From: a virus
Lineage: Duplodnaviria > Caudoviricetes
Strand: one strand, 5' to 3'
DNA length: 64,000 nt
Virus record (IMG/VR): IMGVR_UViG_3300028410_000746
The translations under genes and the position numbers were made by a program. Positions within the stretch are counted from its first letter, which is position 1. Each line of letters opens with the position of its first letter. The notes beneath the pieces were generated by a model. That model was not told the origin of the DNA. It worked only from the letters and a program-made list of their open reading frames with translations, and did not search any database. Positions 37,526 to 46,634 of the stretch are shown one piece after another.

Positions 37526-38463
37526 ACCTGCACCTTATTGAAGAATCGTATAGCCCGGTCCAAACACCCGTCGTAATCGCGCTGCAACTCATGCTCCCAC
37601 AGCACCAACACCTCCCAACCACCTCGCGCAAGGTACGCCAACTTGGCGAGGTCTCTTCTGCGATTGGAGGGAGGCCCCTCCAGACCACATAACAAACAGG
37701 AGTGCCAGTATCAGCCATGTATCTCCAACACCTTGCGCATCTCCGGCTGCACCTCATCACAGGTGTAGTACCCAATAGCGTACTCCGTCTCCAAGTCCTG
37801 CACCCCATTGCGAACCAATGCCGCCTTAAAGTTCAGATGAAGCTGTGAGGTGGCCTGAATAAACGTGCGCGCGTGCGCGGCTGACTGTCGAGACTGCTCC
37901 GGGTGTGACGCATGCCAGGACAAGACAGCCTCGCGCAAATCACCGCCCTCCTGCCACCGCTCCAGGGATTGAGCGGATACGGCCTGCCGCCGCCCCTCCG
38001 TCTGGTTCAATGCGATGAACTCAGCCCTGCGCGTACCCTCTTGCATCCGCTCCCGCGAAGTCTGAGCAATCCGCAGGCGAGTGTGTACCCCTTCAGGAGA
38101 CTGAAAATGCTCTAACATGGCCCGTGACTGGTGAGCCTTCTGTTCTGGGCTCTTCCGTCGACGTACAGTAGTCGTAGCACACGCCAGAGGCGCTTTCGGG
38201 TACTTCGTACGATACCCGTCCAAATCAAGCGAGGCGCATGCCTGCAAGTGTAGGGATGTAATCGCAGCCACCCAGGCCCCACAACAACGACACACTACGT
38301 AATGCGTACCCTCCACCAACGCGTCTAGCGACGCCACAGACACACACGTTCGGCGCCCGGCCTTACGCGCTTGAACGTCACCGCTCTCGATCAAGGTAAC
38401 CAAATGCCGTGCGTTCAGTCCATGCCTGAGTTGCGCCTGTCGTTTTGATATCCACTCACTCAT
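37519..38463 (-). pseudogene. Vsr/DUF559-like homing endonuclease interrupted by one in-frame TGA (37711-37713)
   Basis: ...CDEVQPEMRKVLEIHG*YWHSCLLCG...RDLAKLAYLARGGWEVLVLWEHEL; same frame continues to stop 37519-37521, overlapping the IntC start. Confidence 0.85.
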
Positions 38464-39226
38464 GAGCCTCAGCTTCCACCTGGAGGGCATACAGCTCTTC
38501 CATCGACACCTGAATCTCCTGCCCTCCAGACACACGTACCGTAACCAAGGTCTCCCCGGCAAGCGAGAATTCGTCCGCAACCCAATTGAACGTGAGCGCC
38601 ATCGCAGCCTGAGCCATGGCCCCCGTGATGATCCACACGATCCAATTTCGCTGAGCGGACACCATCATGTCCATGCTCAGGTAACCCGTAGCCGGGGGGT
38701 AGGAGTTGATGAGCATGGTCGCCTGATCCATGTACTCAAGCAGCTCCTCGTCCTCCCAGATGTAGGCGAACACGCGATTGAACTGGTTCACGGTCCCCGA
38801 CGAGGTGGGAGGCCTGAAGTGGTAGTTGCGGTCAGGGTTGTTGTCCCTCAAACGGATGCGGATGCGGCGGATCATATCGAGCTGCGTCGCCGTGTAACGC
38901 GTCGTCAGGAGCTGGGAGGGTTCCACGATCTGGAACTCTTGAAGGAGCGTGTTCTCAGGATCACCCGACAGCTCCACGAGGGTCCAACGAATACGATAGA
39001 GACCGAACGCTACGAACTCGGGCACCTGGAAGTGGGCGTAGTATTGACCCACGCCCACGCGCACGGGCACGTGAGCCGGAGGTCCAATGAGGACCTCGCT
39101 GCCCGTCGTGACGTCGTAGAGCGCGTATGTGATGGAGAACGGGTCGACAGGCACGTCCAAGCTGTCCAGAACCTCGATGGCGAGGTCCGTAGGCGTCGTG
39201 ATAGACCCTCGTGTCAGCTCAAGCAT
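38456..39226 (-). CDS. N-extein of neck/head-tail adaptor protein fused to 36-aa split intein N-half
   Basis: LRDNNP...WEDEEL...A..LINSYPPAT adaptor-like core; ends ADEF|SLAGETLVTV... (block A starting with Ser at 38566). Confidence 0.85.
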   Translation of the reverse strand: MLELTRGSITTPTDLAIEVLDSLDVPVDPFSITYALYDVTTGSEVLIGPPAHVPVRVGVGQYYAHFQVPEFVAFGLYRIRWTLVELSGDPENTLLQEFQIVEPSQLLTTRYTATQLDMIRRIRIRLRDNNPDRNYHFRPPTSSGTVNQFNRVFAYIWEDEELLEYMDQATMLINSYPPATGYLSMDMMVSAQRNWIVWIITGAMAQAAMALTFNWVADEFSLAGETLVTVRVSGGQEIQVSMEELYALQVEAEAHE

Positions 39227-39285
39227 GCGAACTCCGGGAAAGAAGGGGAAGCCGCCCCCACGGGAGGCGGCCCCTCGCGCGGCAC

Positions 39286-40449
39286 TCAGAAGTGCTCACG
39301 GAGGAAGTTGGAGAACGTCCACGCGACCTCTTCAAGATCGGACGGAAGGTCCTCCAGCATACGATAATGTGTACGGTCTTCGAGGCCTTCCACGAGGCTC
39401 TCAGCCGTGGAAGCGAGGTCCTCACTCATCTTGACAACCTTGGCCAAAGACGACTTGGAGAGGGCGGAGTAGGCTCCGCGACGGAGAAGGTCGAGCCCTC
39501 GCATGAGGTCCTTGACGCCATCGACATCACGCTCAAGCTTCTTGAGGTCCCGGCCATAAGCCTTCAAGATCCGGACCAAGGTGCCCTCGACGACATCCTC
39601 GTACGCGCCCTGAATGCGGGACTCCTTCTCAGCCTCTACCGATGCCGAGAAGTCGTTCTGCATCAAGGTCTGGATTCGATCGAAGGCGCGCTTGACCTCG
39701 GCAGTCTTGGCGACCGCCTTGAGAGCCTTGGAGGGGTCCGAGAACATGGGGCTGAACTCGCGCGGAGTGCCTCCATCACCGGAACACTCCATGTAGACCT
39801 CATAGGAGTACGTGCCCATCTTCTCCAGCATCTCCTCGACGAAGAGCGGAGCGGACGCGTCCATGTCAACGACGTCAGCCGGCTTGGGAGTCACAGGCAC
39901 GAGGTCCAGCTCAGGAGCAGCCTGATCACGAGGGTTGAGGAGAGCGTCTTCCAGGCCTCGCTGGTTCTGACGCAGGCTCTCAGCGCGATCACGCTGGGCC
40001 TGCTGATCCTGCTTCGTGACGAACGGATGCCCCTTGAGGTAATAATTGTCCCATGCCACCATGTCCGCATTGGCAGGATCGAGAGCCATCTCACGGAGCA
40101 CGAGCTGCACGCGGTTGGCGAAATCCTGGAAGGCCTGAAGCGTGCTCCGGCTCACGTCCCCCGTGAACCCCTTGCGGTACTCGTCCGGGAAGTTGTTCTG
40201 GAACTCCAGGTCGAGGAGACCTTCCACAAGCTGCCCACTGAGGCCGGGCCCCATATCCCCACGCACGTCTGCGCTGTACGCCACACGAAGCGCTCCGTAC
40301 GCGCTAGCGTGCAGCCTTCGACGCTGGGCCGAACGAGTAAGCACCTCCTGACGAGTCACCGTCAGGGAGGCGATCACCGGCTTGAGGTGTGCACGCAGCT
40401 TCGGAGTTGAGCTGCCAATGCGAATGAGACGTTGCTTTAGAGTGCGCAT
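39286..40449 (-). CDS. hypothetical helical protein with N-terminal LIRI..P.LR motif
   Basis: MRTLKQRLIRIGSSTPKLRAHLKPVIASL. Confidence 0.75.
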   Translation of the reverse strand: MRTLKQRLIRIGSSTPKLRAHLKPVIASLTVTRQEVLTRSAQRRRLHASAYGALRVAYSADVRGDMGPGLSGQLVEGLLDLEFQNNFPDEYRKGFTGDVSRSTLQAFQDFANRVQLVLREMALDPANADMVAWDNYYLKGHPFVTKQDQQAQRDRAESLRQNQRGLEDALLNPRDQAAPELDLVPVTPKPADVVDMDASAPLFVEEMLEKMGTYSYEVYMECSGDGGTPREFSPMFSDPSKALKAVAKTAEVKRAFDRIQTLMQNDFSASVEAEKESRIQGAYEDVVEGTLVRILKAYGRDLKKLERDVDGVKDLMRGLDLLRRGAYSALSKSSLAKVVKMSEDLASTAESLVEGLEDRTHYRMLEDLPSDLEEVAWTFSNFLREHF

Positions 40450-40461
40450 GTGGGAAATCCT

Positions 40462-40701
40462 TTAGGCTGCGTGACAAAGACGTTTGAGTGTCCGGACTTC
40501 GTTGGTCAGCGTCAGTGCGCTGACCTGTGCTCGGCCCGAAAAGTAGTCGTTCTTTCGCTCCCGCATATCGCCCTGGTTCGCGAAAACGAAGTAGGTCTTG
40601 GACCCCTGACGTACCGCTTCCATGAACGGAATATCAATGGCCTTGAGGTACGCAGCGAAGTACAGATCGGAGGTTCGGTAATCAAGCAGGACTGACGACA
40701 T
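40462..40701 (-). CDS. DUF5659-like small protein
   Basis: YRTSDLYFAAYLKA motif. Confidence 0.7.
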   Translation of the reverse strand: MSSVLLDYRTSDLYFAAYLKAIDIPFMEAVRQGSKTYFVFANQGDMRERKNDYFSGRAQVSALTLTNEVRTLKRLCHAA

Positions 40702-40719
40702 TCCACAACTCCTGGACTA

Positions 40720-41181
40720 TCAGATGTAGCGTACGGTCAACTTGGAGCCCACGTACTGACGCACGATGGCCTGAATCTCCTCATCGGACACGACCCCAGA
40801 CACGGGAGCGAATGCGAAGGACTCGTCCAGGAACACCTTACCATTGTAGGCCGACACCACCCCGGAGTGTATATCATCAGGAGAGACCCTACGCCCGGAA
40901 GCACGAGACAACGCCGTCAAGATGTTGGCCGCCACGCCTCGCAGCTCCCGGCCACGCACGTTCACGAGCTGGTAATCCACCTCCGCGCCAAAGTCATGAC
41001 GTATGAGCAATGAGACGCTATAGCCCCCATCACGTGCCGACAGACTACGAGAGAGCGTCAGGGCCGCCGTCGTCGATCCCTGAGCCTGCTTATGCAGGGA
41101 GGCGATCACAGGTTTGAGGTCCGCACGAAGTTCAGGCTTGGCGGTCCCCATACGAATCAGTTCGGCTTTGAGATCGGACAT
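40720..41181 (-). CDS. hypothetical protein with N-terminal LIRM..PELR motif
   Basis: MSDLKAELIRMGTAKPELRADLKPVIASL. Confidence 0.7.
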   Translation of the reverse strand: MSDLKAELIRMGTAKPELRADLKPVIASLHKQAQGSTTAALTLSRSLSARDGGYSVSLLIRHDFGAEVDYQLVNVRGRELRGVAANILTALSRASGRRVSPDDIHSGVVSAYNGKVFLDESFAFAPVSGVVSDEEIQAIVRQYVGSKLTVRYI

Positions 41182-41322
41182 GGGCGTAGCCCTCATAGAA
41201 GAGCCGCGAGGAACCGCTGCGCAGTACGAAGGCTGGTCCTTTGCAGGACCGTGGCACTCGCCGTAGTCAGGGCGGCTCCTCAGCGGCTTTGTTTTGAAAA
41301 ACGCATCAGACACCGTAAGGCC

Positions 41323-41769
41323 TCAGAGCATGAAGAGCGCGTCGCCAGCGTCGGTGAAGACCTTGATCCAACCCGCATCGAGGAGGCCCTTGACCACACC
41401 ACGATCGAACGAGAGCAGGAACTGACCCGTCTCGATGAGCGGGTACGAGATGAGAGCCTGGATGGCCTCAGCCTGGGGAACCGTGGTCGCCGCGATGCCA
41501 GTCATGGCGTCTGCGGAGGCCTGAATGGTCGCCACCGAAATGTCATCCGCGTCAACGGTCGACAAGATGAACACTGCAAGCTCCGCTGCAACAGCGGTGC
41601 CTCCGAGACCCTTGAGGTACTCAGTGAGGTCTCCCGTCGAGTCGACGGGGTTGATGTAGCGCTCCTGGCCCGTGGGGTAAAGAGTCTGCTCGCGCAACGT
41701 CTGCTTCTTGGTCAGGTCATTGAGCAGCACACGCTCAAAAGGGGTACCGACCACTGCGATCTTAGCCAT
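41323..41769 (-). CDS. putative virion protein
   Basis: Strong RBS; head-module location. Confidence 0.65.
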   Translation of the reverse strand: MAKIAVVGTPFERVLLNDLTKKQTLREQTLYPTGQERYINPVDSTGDLTEYLKGLGGTAVAAELAVFILSTVDADDISVATIQASADAMTGIAATTVPQAEAIQALISYPLIETGQFLLSFDRGVVKGLLDAGWIKVFTDAGDALFML

Positions 41770-42156
41770 GATGTTTCTCCTTGCTCGTTTCCGAGTGTCA
41801 ATCGAGGTGGCCGGTACGCTCTAGCCGTACCAGCTCTTCTAGAATTTTACTCAGGTGCACGAAGACCGTACCCACCTCCCGAAAGAGCATGGCATGGTCT
41901 CGTGTCCTGACGCGCCGTATACGCTCACTGGACAACCGCAACTCTCGCTGCGACGCTTGGATCGAACCCGCTACGGGCAAGCCCGACACGTCCAGATCCA
42001 CTACCTCCTCTACCAATTCATCCACTACCGCAACTACCAGCACCAACACGTTGAGGTCTAGCAGGCGGCGCGGCTCCCAGTTCAAGCCCTTGAAGCCCGA
42101 GGCCTGGGAGGCGAGAACTGATCGAATACCACGTATGTCCGCCATGCCAGGACCTC

Positions 42157-42771
42157 TCAGATCACCGTGACGGCTGCCGTCGCGGTCTTCGTGTTGGAGG
42201 TCACCGTGACCGAAGCCACGTTGTTTGACTCGTCCGTAGCGAACCCATGAAGAGCTGCCGGGATCGTGATGGCGGTGTCCGTGAAGACGCCACCCCCACC
42301 AGTGATCTCAGTAGCCGTCAGGGTCACCGTCGCCGCGTTCGCGGCAGTGACGATCACCGAAGAAACATCGGGAGCAATCGACAGGAACGCCGTACCCGTG
42401 ATCTCCACGCGGTAGTCGTCGGTGCCATCGGTAGCGTCAACCGTATCCTGCTCTGCCGTCGCAACAACCGGAGCCACGAGGGTACCCGTCGCGATGTCGA
42501 TCACAGTGACGAGACCCCCGGCCTCAAAGCCTGCGATCACGCCGTGGTCACGGCTCAAGAGAACATCATCCGTAGGGATGAGGTCAATGAAGCCGGGCTG
42601 AGTGGTGTCAACGTCGACACCCCCACCGTTGAAAGACTTGCGGTTGTACGTCACGTAGACGTCCTGCTTGCTGTAGTCGTCGAAAGGACGACGCGGCGTG
42701 CCGTCCTCGATGTCGTTGACGAGCAAGTCGGCAAGCTGCGACTGCGTATGGACAAGGCGAATGAGCGCCAT
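42157..42771 (-). CDS. putative virion protein with Ig/IPT-like C-terminus
   Basis: T/V-rich beta domain (VEITGTAF...TDTAITI); GGAGG RBS. Confidence 0.65.
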   Translation of the reverse strand: MALIRLVHTQSQLADLLVNDIEDGTPRRPFDDYSKQDVYVTYNRKSFNGGGVDVDTTQPGFIDLIPTDDVLLSRDHGVIAGFEAGGLVTVIDIATGTLVAPVVATAEQDTVDATDGTDDYRVEITGTAFLSIAPDVSSVIVTAANAATVTLTATEITGGGGVFTDTAITIPAALHGFATDESNNVASVTVTSNTKTATAAVTVI

Positions 42772-42862
42772 GGAAGCCTCCTGTTCAGAGCGGGTGTGGG
42801 GTCACACGTGTATCACACGGATGGATATATCGAAACATTATAGACTCCAGCACCTATGCTAC

Positions 42863-43810
42863 TCAGAGCATCCTTTGAGCGTTCAACGTCACCGCGATGT
42901 CGACCGTGGTAGCGCCTCCATCCCCACGGAGCGTGATGGTCGAGATGTTGACCCGGTTGTCTCGAATCGACTCTCCAGCAGCCACGGTAAGCTCGGCCGT
43001 ACCCGCACCGAAGCTCACCAGCAGATCCACCCCACCCGTGTTGGTCATCGTATACGAGCTGATCTGACGAGGAAGCTCCAAAGGCAACGCATCAGCAAGG
43101 GTCGCACCAGCCGGAGCAGTACCCACCAGGGAGAGCATGGTGTGTGACTCCAGGAGCTGCTTCTCGGTCAACAGGATGTTCGTAGAGGAGGTCTCCCCCG
43201 CGAACGGGACCGCACCGAACATCGGGATGAACTTGAAGAACTGTACATCGGCGTCGATCCGGCCGAAGTCCGCCAAGTCAAAGACCACGCGCGTGTACTT
43301 ACGCAATTGGTTAGCGTTGATACTCAAGCCATCCAGAGCCCTGCGATCACGCCCCGGCGTCGGGGAGACGAAACCCCGCACCGAAGAGATCTCCTCAACT
43401 GAGGTGAACACCGCATCCCAATTGTCCGCGAACTGCATATCGAAGTGCGTCGGGCCTTCAGGACGAACACGAATCGCGCCCTCCTCATCCGTGGTATCGA
43501 CCATGGGGTTAATCTGTCCCCCAAAATGATCGTGACGCAGGCGGAAGGTAGTCGACGTGGAGCCTGCAAAGGCACTTACGGGTACCGAAGAGGCCTGAAT
43601 GGCGTTGATGAACTCAGTAACTACGGCTGCGGAGCTGTCCGCTCCCGGTACCGGGTCCGCCACCACGAACGTCACACCTGCGACCGTCAAGAGGAAGTCC
43701 CCACCGCTGACGGTGCCATCCGCGATCGTCACGAGCATCCAGTCGTGGCGAGGGATCAGGACCTCCACCAGACGGTTGTAGCGCCGGAGCGTGTAGCTTT
43801 GTAGAGTCAT
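42863..43810 (-). CDS. putative virion structural protein
   Basis: Beta-rich; carries a sheath-like inserted module; RBS. Confidence 0.65.
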   Translation of the reverse strand: MTLQSYTLRRYNRLVEVLIPRHDWMLVTIADGTVSGGDFLLTVAGVTFVVADPVPGADSSAAVVTEFINAIQASSVPVSAFAGSTSTTFRLRHDHFGGQINPMVDTTDEEGAIRVRPEGPTHFDMQFADNWDAVFTSVEEISSVRGFVSPTPGRDRRALDGLSINANQLRKYTRVVFDLADFGRIDADVQFFKFIPMFGAVPFAGETSSTNILLTEKQLLESHTMLSLVGTAPAGATLADALPLELPRQISSYTMTNTGGVDLLVSFGAGTAELTVAAGESIRDNRVNISTITLRGDGGATTVDIAVTLNAQRML

Positions 43811-43829
43811 GAGTAGGTCTCCTATCGGA

Positions 43830-44219
43830 TCACTTGCGCAAGCGGTCGCGCTTGATCAGTCGGTCGTAGGTCTCGGTGATCTTGCCTGCGTCGCGCGCGG
43901 CATCGCGTGCGTCCTCCCAGGTGTCCGCTACCTCCCCCTCAAAGTTGGGGAGCAGCTCCGGAACCTTGTGGTTGGTGCGCATGCGCTGGCCCATGTACTT
44001 CGAGCGGTTCTTCCGGTAGGTCTTCTCTTTGAAGTTCTTGTCCGCCCACGCATCTCCCGCGAACGAGATCTGCGTTCCCTTCGGATTGAACAGAAAGAAC
44101 GCCCTCTCGCCACACGCGTCGCATGGCACTCCGGAAGCCTTGGCCTCCGGGAACGCCTCAACGGACATGCTGCGCTCGCTGACCTGCTCGCACGTCGAAC
44201 ATTTGAAATCGTACTTCAT
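43830..44219 (-). CDS. FmdB-like zinc-ribbon protein
   Basis: MKYDFKCSTCE...PCDACG. Confidence 0.78.
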   Translation of the reverse strand: MKYDFKCSTCEQVSERSMSVEAFPEAKASGVPCDACGERAFFLFNPKGTQISFAGDAWADKNFKEKTYRKNRSKYMGQRMRTNHKVPELLPNFEGEVADTWEDARDAARDAGKITETYDRLIKRDRLRK

Positions 44220-44635
44220 GAATCCCTCGTTTTAGCGGTATAGAGGCCCGCGACGCGGCGAGCCAGGGTACTGGCCGTGTAGACGCCCCGAAGAGGCGAC
44301 ACGACGCTCTTGGACACGTAGGGAGCATACTGGTCTCCGATCCGAGCTGCCAGCGCTTCGATCCTCTGCTGACACAACATCATCGTAGCGACCAGCTCCA
44401 CGGCCTCGCGATTGACTCCCGAATGAATCTGCTCGACATCACCGAGGCCATCCTCATCAAGGCCCAGCTCACTCGCGAGCATAGGGAGGTCATTGCACCG
44501 GGACATCACGTTCTTGAGCAGATCCGTGGTCGCCTTGTACTGAGACGCGCACAGATCAAGGGACTGACGCATCTCCCGAGCCTTGTTGGCAAACGTCGAG
44601 ATGGTGCCGGCTTTACGTGTATCAGACATGATCAC
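44216..44635 (-). CDS. hypothetical protein, C-terminal LARRVAGLY motif
   Basis: Coupled ORF. Confidence 0.65.
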   Translation of the reverse strand: MIMSDTRKAGTISTFANKAREMRQSLDLCASQYKATTDLLKNVMSRCNDLPMLASELGLDEDGLGDVEQIHSGVNREAVELVATMMLCQQRIEALAARIGDQYAPYVSKSVVSPLRGVYTASTLARRVAGLYTAKTRDS

Positions 44636-45012
44636 TCCTCAAGCTGAGACAAGACCGCTGCGGCGTGCTTACACACCCGATGGCGGCCTTCCGGGTCTCG
44701 CGTGGTTGGACGTACTGCGGTACCTCTTGGAGATCCCAGGAGGTAGCCCTCACGAGACGCGTGGTACTCAGGACCCTGGTAAACCCAGAAGTCACAGGAG
44801 CACGACAGGCGGACGTTGGACTCCCCCCTCTCCAGACGTACATCATACTCACCAACACGCCAGGACCCCTCTCTCACGAGACGAGGACGCAGCGAGCGCG
44901 AACGCTCCAGGAGAGACCTGTCCAATCCCTGGAGGATCTCCCCCCGACTCGCACCAAGGCGCGTGCTATGTATACGAGCTACCCGGAGGGCGAGGCTCTC
45001 CAGCGTGCTCAT
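44632..45012 (-). CDS. SWIM-type zinc-finger protein
   Basis: SCSCDFW...GPEYH...VCKHAAAVL. Confidence 0.7.
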   Translation of the reverse strand: MSTLESLALRVARIHSTRLGASRGEILQGLDRSLLERSRSLRPRLVREGSWRVGEYDVRLERGESNVRLSCSCDFWVYQGPEYHASREGYLLGSPRGTAVRPTTRDPEGRHRVCKHAAAVLSQLEE

Positions 45013-45575
45013 GGTACATCGTCCTGCTTGACATCAGGCTTGGTCAGGTAGGTCGAGAAGGCCGAGTAATCCACGACGTCACGACGAGACGGAGAGCGCT
45101 TGGCGAAATCGTCAGCCCGCTCCACATCGTAGATCGACTCCTCGTCTGCGCGAGTCTTATCAATAGCAGGAGGAACATCCTGGACGTACGTTGGGAGACC
45201 CTGGAGCGTCGCGGGGTCCGTGATCTTGGACTCCATCAAACGATCCAGGGTCTTACGCGCCGCAGGTTGGATGTCTTGGGCCGAGGAAGAGGCGGCCATG
45301 TGGTTGACCACATAGCTCACCTCGGCCACGTTTGACCGGATATCGGTGATCGAAGACTGGACACGAGTGATCATGTCACCCGCCTCCCGGTAGATGTGAT
45401 CCCGATGAGTCGAGGCTTCAATGAGGCGCACCCCACGATCCACCATCTCCTCCAGGGTGTCGAGCTGCACACGCGCACTGGACAAGTTCACCTGCATCTG
45501 ATCACGCAGGGTCTTGCTCAGGTACTTTTGAGCGACCTTGGCCGCCAGTCGTCTGTGTCGCGTGTGCATGCTCAT
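45009..45575 (-). CDS. hypothetical protein, N-terminal LAAKVAQKY motif
   Basis: Coupled ORF. Confidence 0.65.
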   Translation of the reverse strand: MSMHTRHRRLAAKVAQKYLSKTLRDQMQVNLSSARVQLDTLEEMVDRGVRLIEASTHRDHIYREAGDMITRVQSSITDIRSNVAEVSYVVNHMAASSSAQDIQPAARKTLDRLMESKITDPATLQGLPTYVQDVPPAIDKTRADEESIYDVERADDFAKRSPSRRDVVDYSAFSTYLTKPDVKQDDVP

Positions 45576-45576
45576 C

Positions 45577-46557
45577 TCATCCGAGGTTGTACTGGGGGAA
45601 GGTCTTGGAGATCTGAGCCTTCATCTTCGCCGTCTCAACCGCGTAGGCTGCGAAGATGAAGACCGGGCTGGCCTCGTCCTTGAGAAGCTTGAGCTTGCTG
45701 CGCCAGTTCATGTCAAAGTCCCACTCGAACGTGGGGAGCATCTGACGGGCGAGAGCCAAACGAGCTTCCTTGTCCTCAATGACATCCTCGGCGGAGACCT
45801 TGACCGCCACGGGGCGACCAATCGTACCGACCACCTCATGACCCTGGCTACCCTCGCCGTCCCACAGCTCCATCTCCGGAGCGAGGTCTGTCACATCATG
45901 CTGCACGACACCGGGACCCGGACGAAACTGAACTCCCTCGCGGGTGGGCGCGCGACGTGAGGAGATGCCCTGCTCGGCGCGCATCTCCGCAATGGCCTTC
46001 TGTGCTCGACGAGCCTCGCTCTTCTCGAACTCTGCAAGCTTCTGACGAGCCGAGGTCTCCTCCAAGGCTACCGTGGACGTGGACGTCATCGACGACACGT
46101 CTACCGCAGTAGCCTCTCCCGCTGCGCCCTTGCGAAACGCCTTCACGCCGAAGCCCGAGCCCACGACCCTGCCGTCCTGAGCCTCCACGACCGGAACCTG
46201 GGAGTGGTTGTTGGCTCGGATACCCTGGATGGTACCCATGTCCCGCTCCTCCTCGCTCACAGCCATCTGAGCCTTGACTGTATCCTGCTCAGGTGTGGCG
46301 CCTCGCATGGAGATGTCCGCGCTTGCCGTCGTCGGTGGCACGTAGTCTTCGCCGTACAGCTCGGCCGCCGTGACCAGCCACTTGGCCTTGATAGCCGACC
46401 GAAGATTGGGGAGGGTGTATTCAACCCCATCAATCGTCGCCTTGCGGCCGTCATACTCCACAGTGGTCCCCTTCTGGAGAATGATCTGGTTGGAATTCAG
46501 GTCTCCGTGGAGACCCAGTGACACCTTCATGACCGCGACGTACGTTTGTACCTGCAT
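45577..46557 (-). CDS. hypothetical protein
   Basis: 326 aa; GAGGAG RBS. Confidence 0.7.
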   Translation of the reverse strand: MQVQTYVAVMKVSLGLHGDLNSNQIILQKGTTVEYDGRKATIDGVEYTLPNLRSAIKAKWLVTAAELYGEDYVPPTTASADISMRGATPEQDTVKAQMAVSEEERDMGTIQGIRANNHSQVPVVEAQDGRVVGSGFGVKAFRKGAAGEATAVDVSSMTSTSTVALEETSARQKLAEFEKSEARRAQKAIAEMRAEQGISSRRAPTREGVQFRPGPGVVQHDVTDLAPEMELWDGEGSQGHEVVGTIGRPVAVKVSAEDVIEDKEARLALARQMLPTFEWDFDMNWRSKLKLLKDEASPVFIFAAYAVETAKMKAQISKTFPQYNLG

Positions 46558-46634
46558 TACTCACACTCCTCTATAGTCAGCCAAGGCCGGGGGCACCACG
46601 CGCCCAGCCTACATAAGCTCAGACTACAAGAAGA

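Noticed and set aside
37711-37713. Genome-wide TGA recoding or selenocysteine
   Set aside because: Many genes end in TGA with clean ATGA/GTGA coupling, and no other conserved gene has an internal stop. No Sec machinery or SECIS was recognised.
37512-37808. ORF-track protein MGCRTWRR... as a separate gene
   Set aside because: Wrong frame. The Vsr C-terminus is in the frame of the 37711-38580 ORF.
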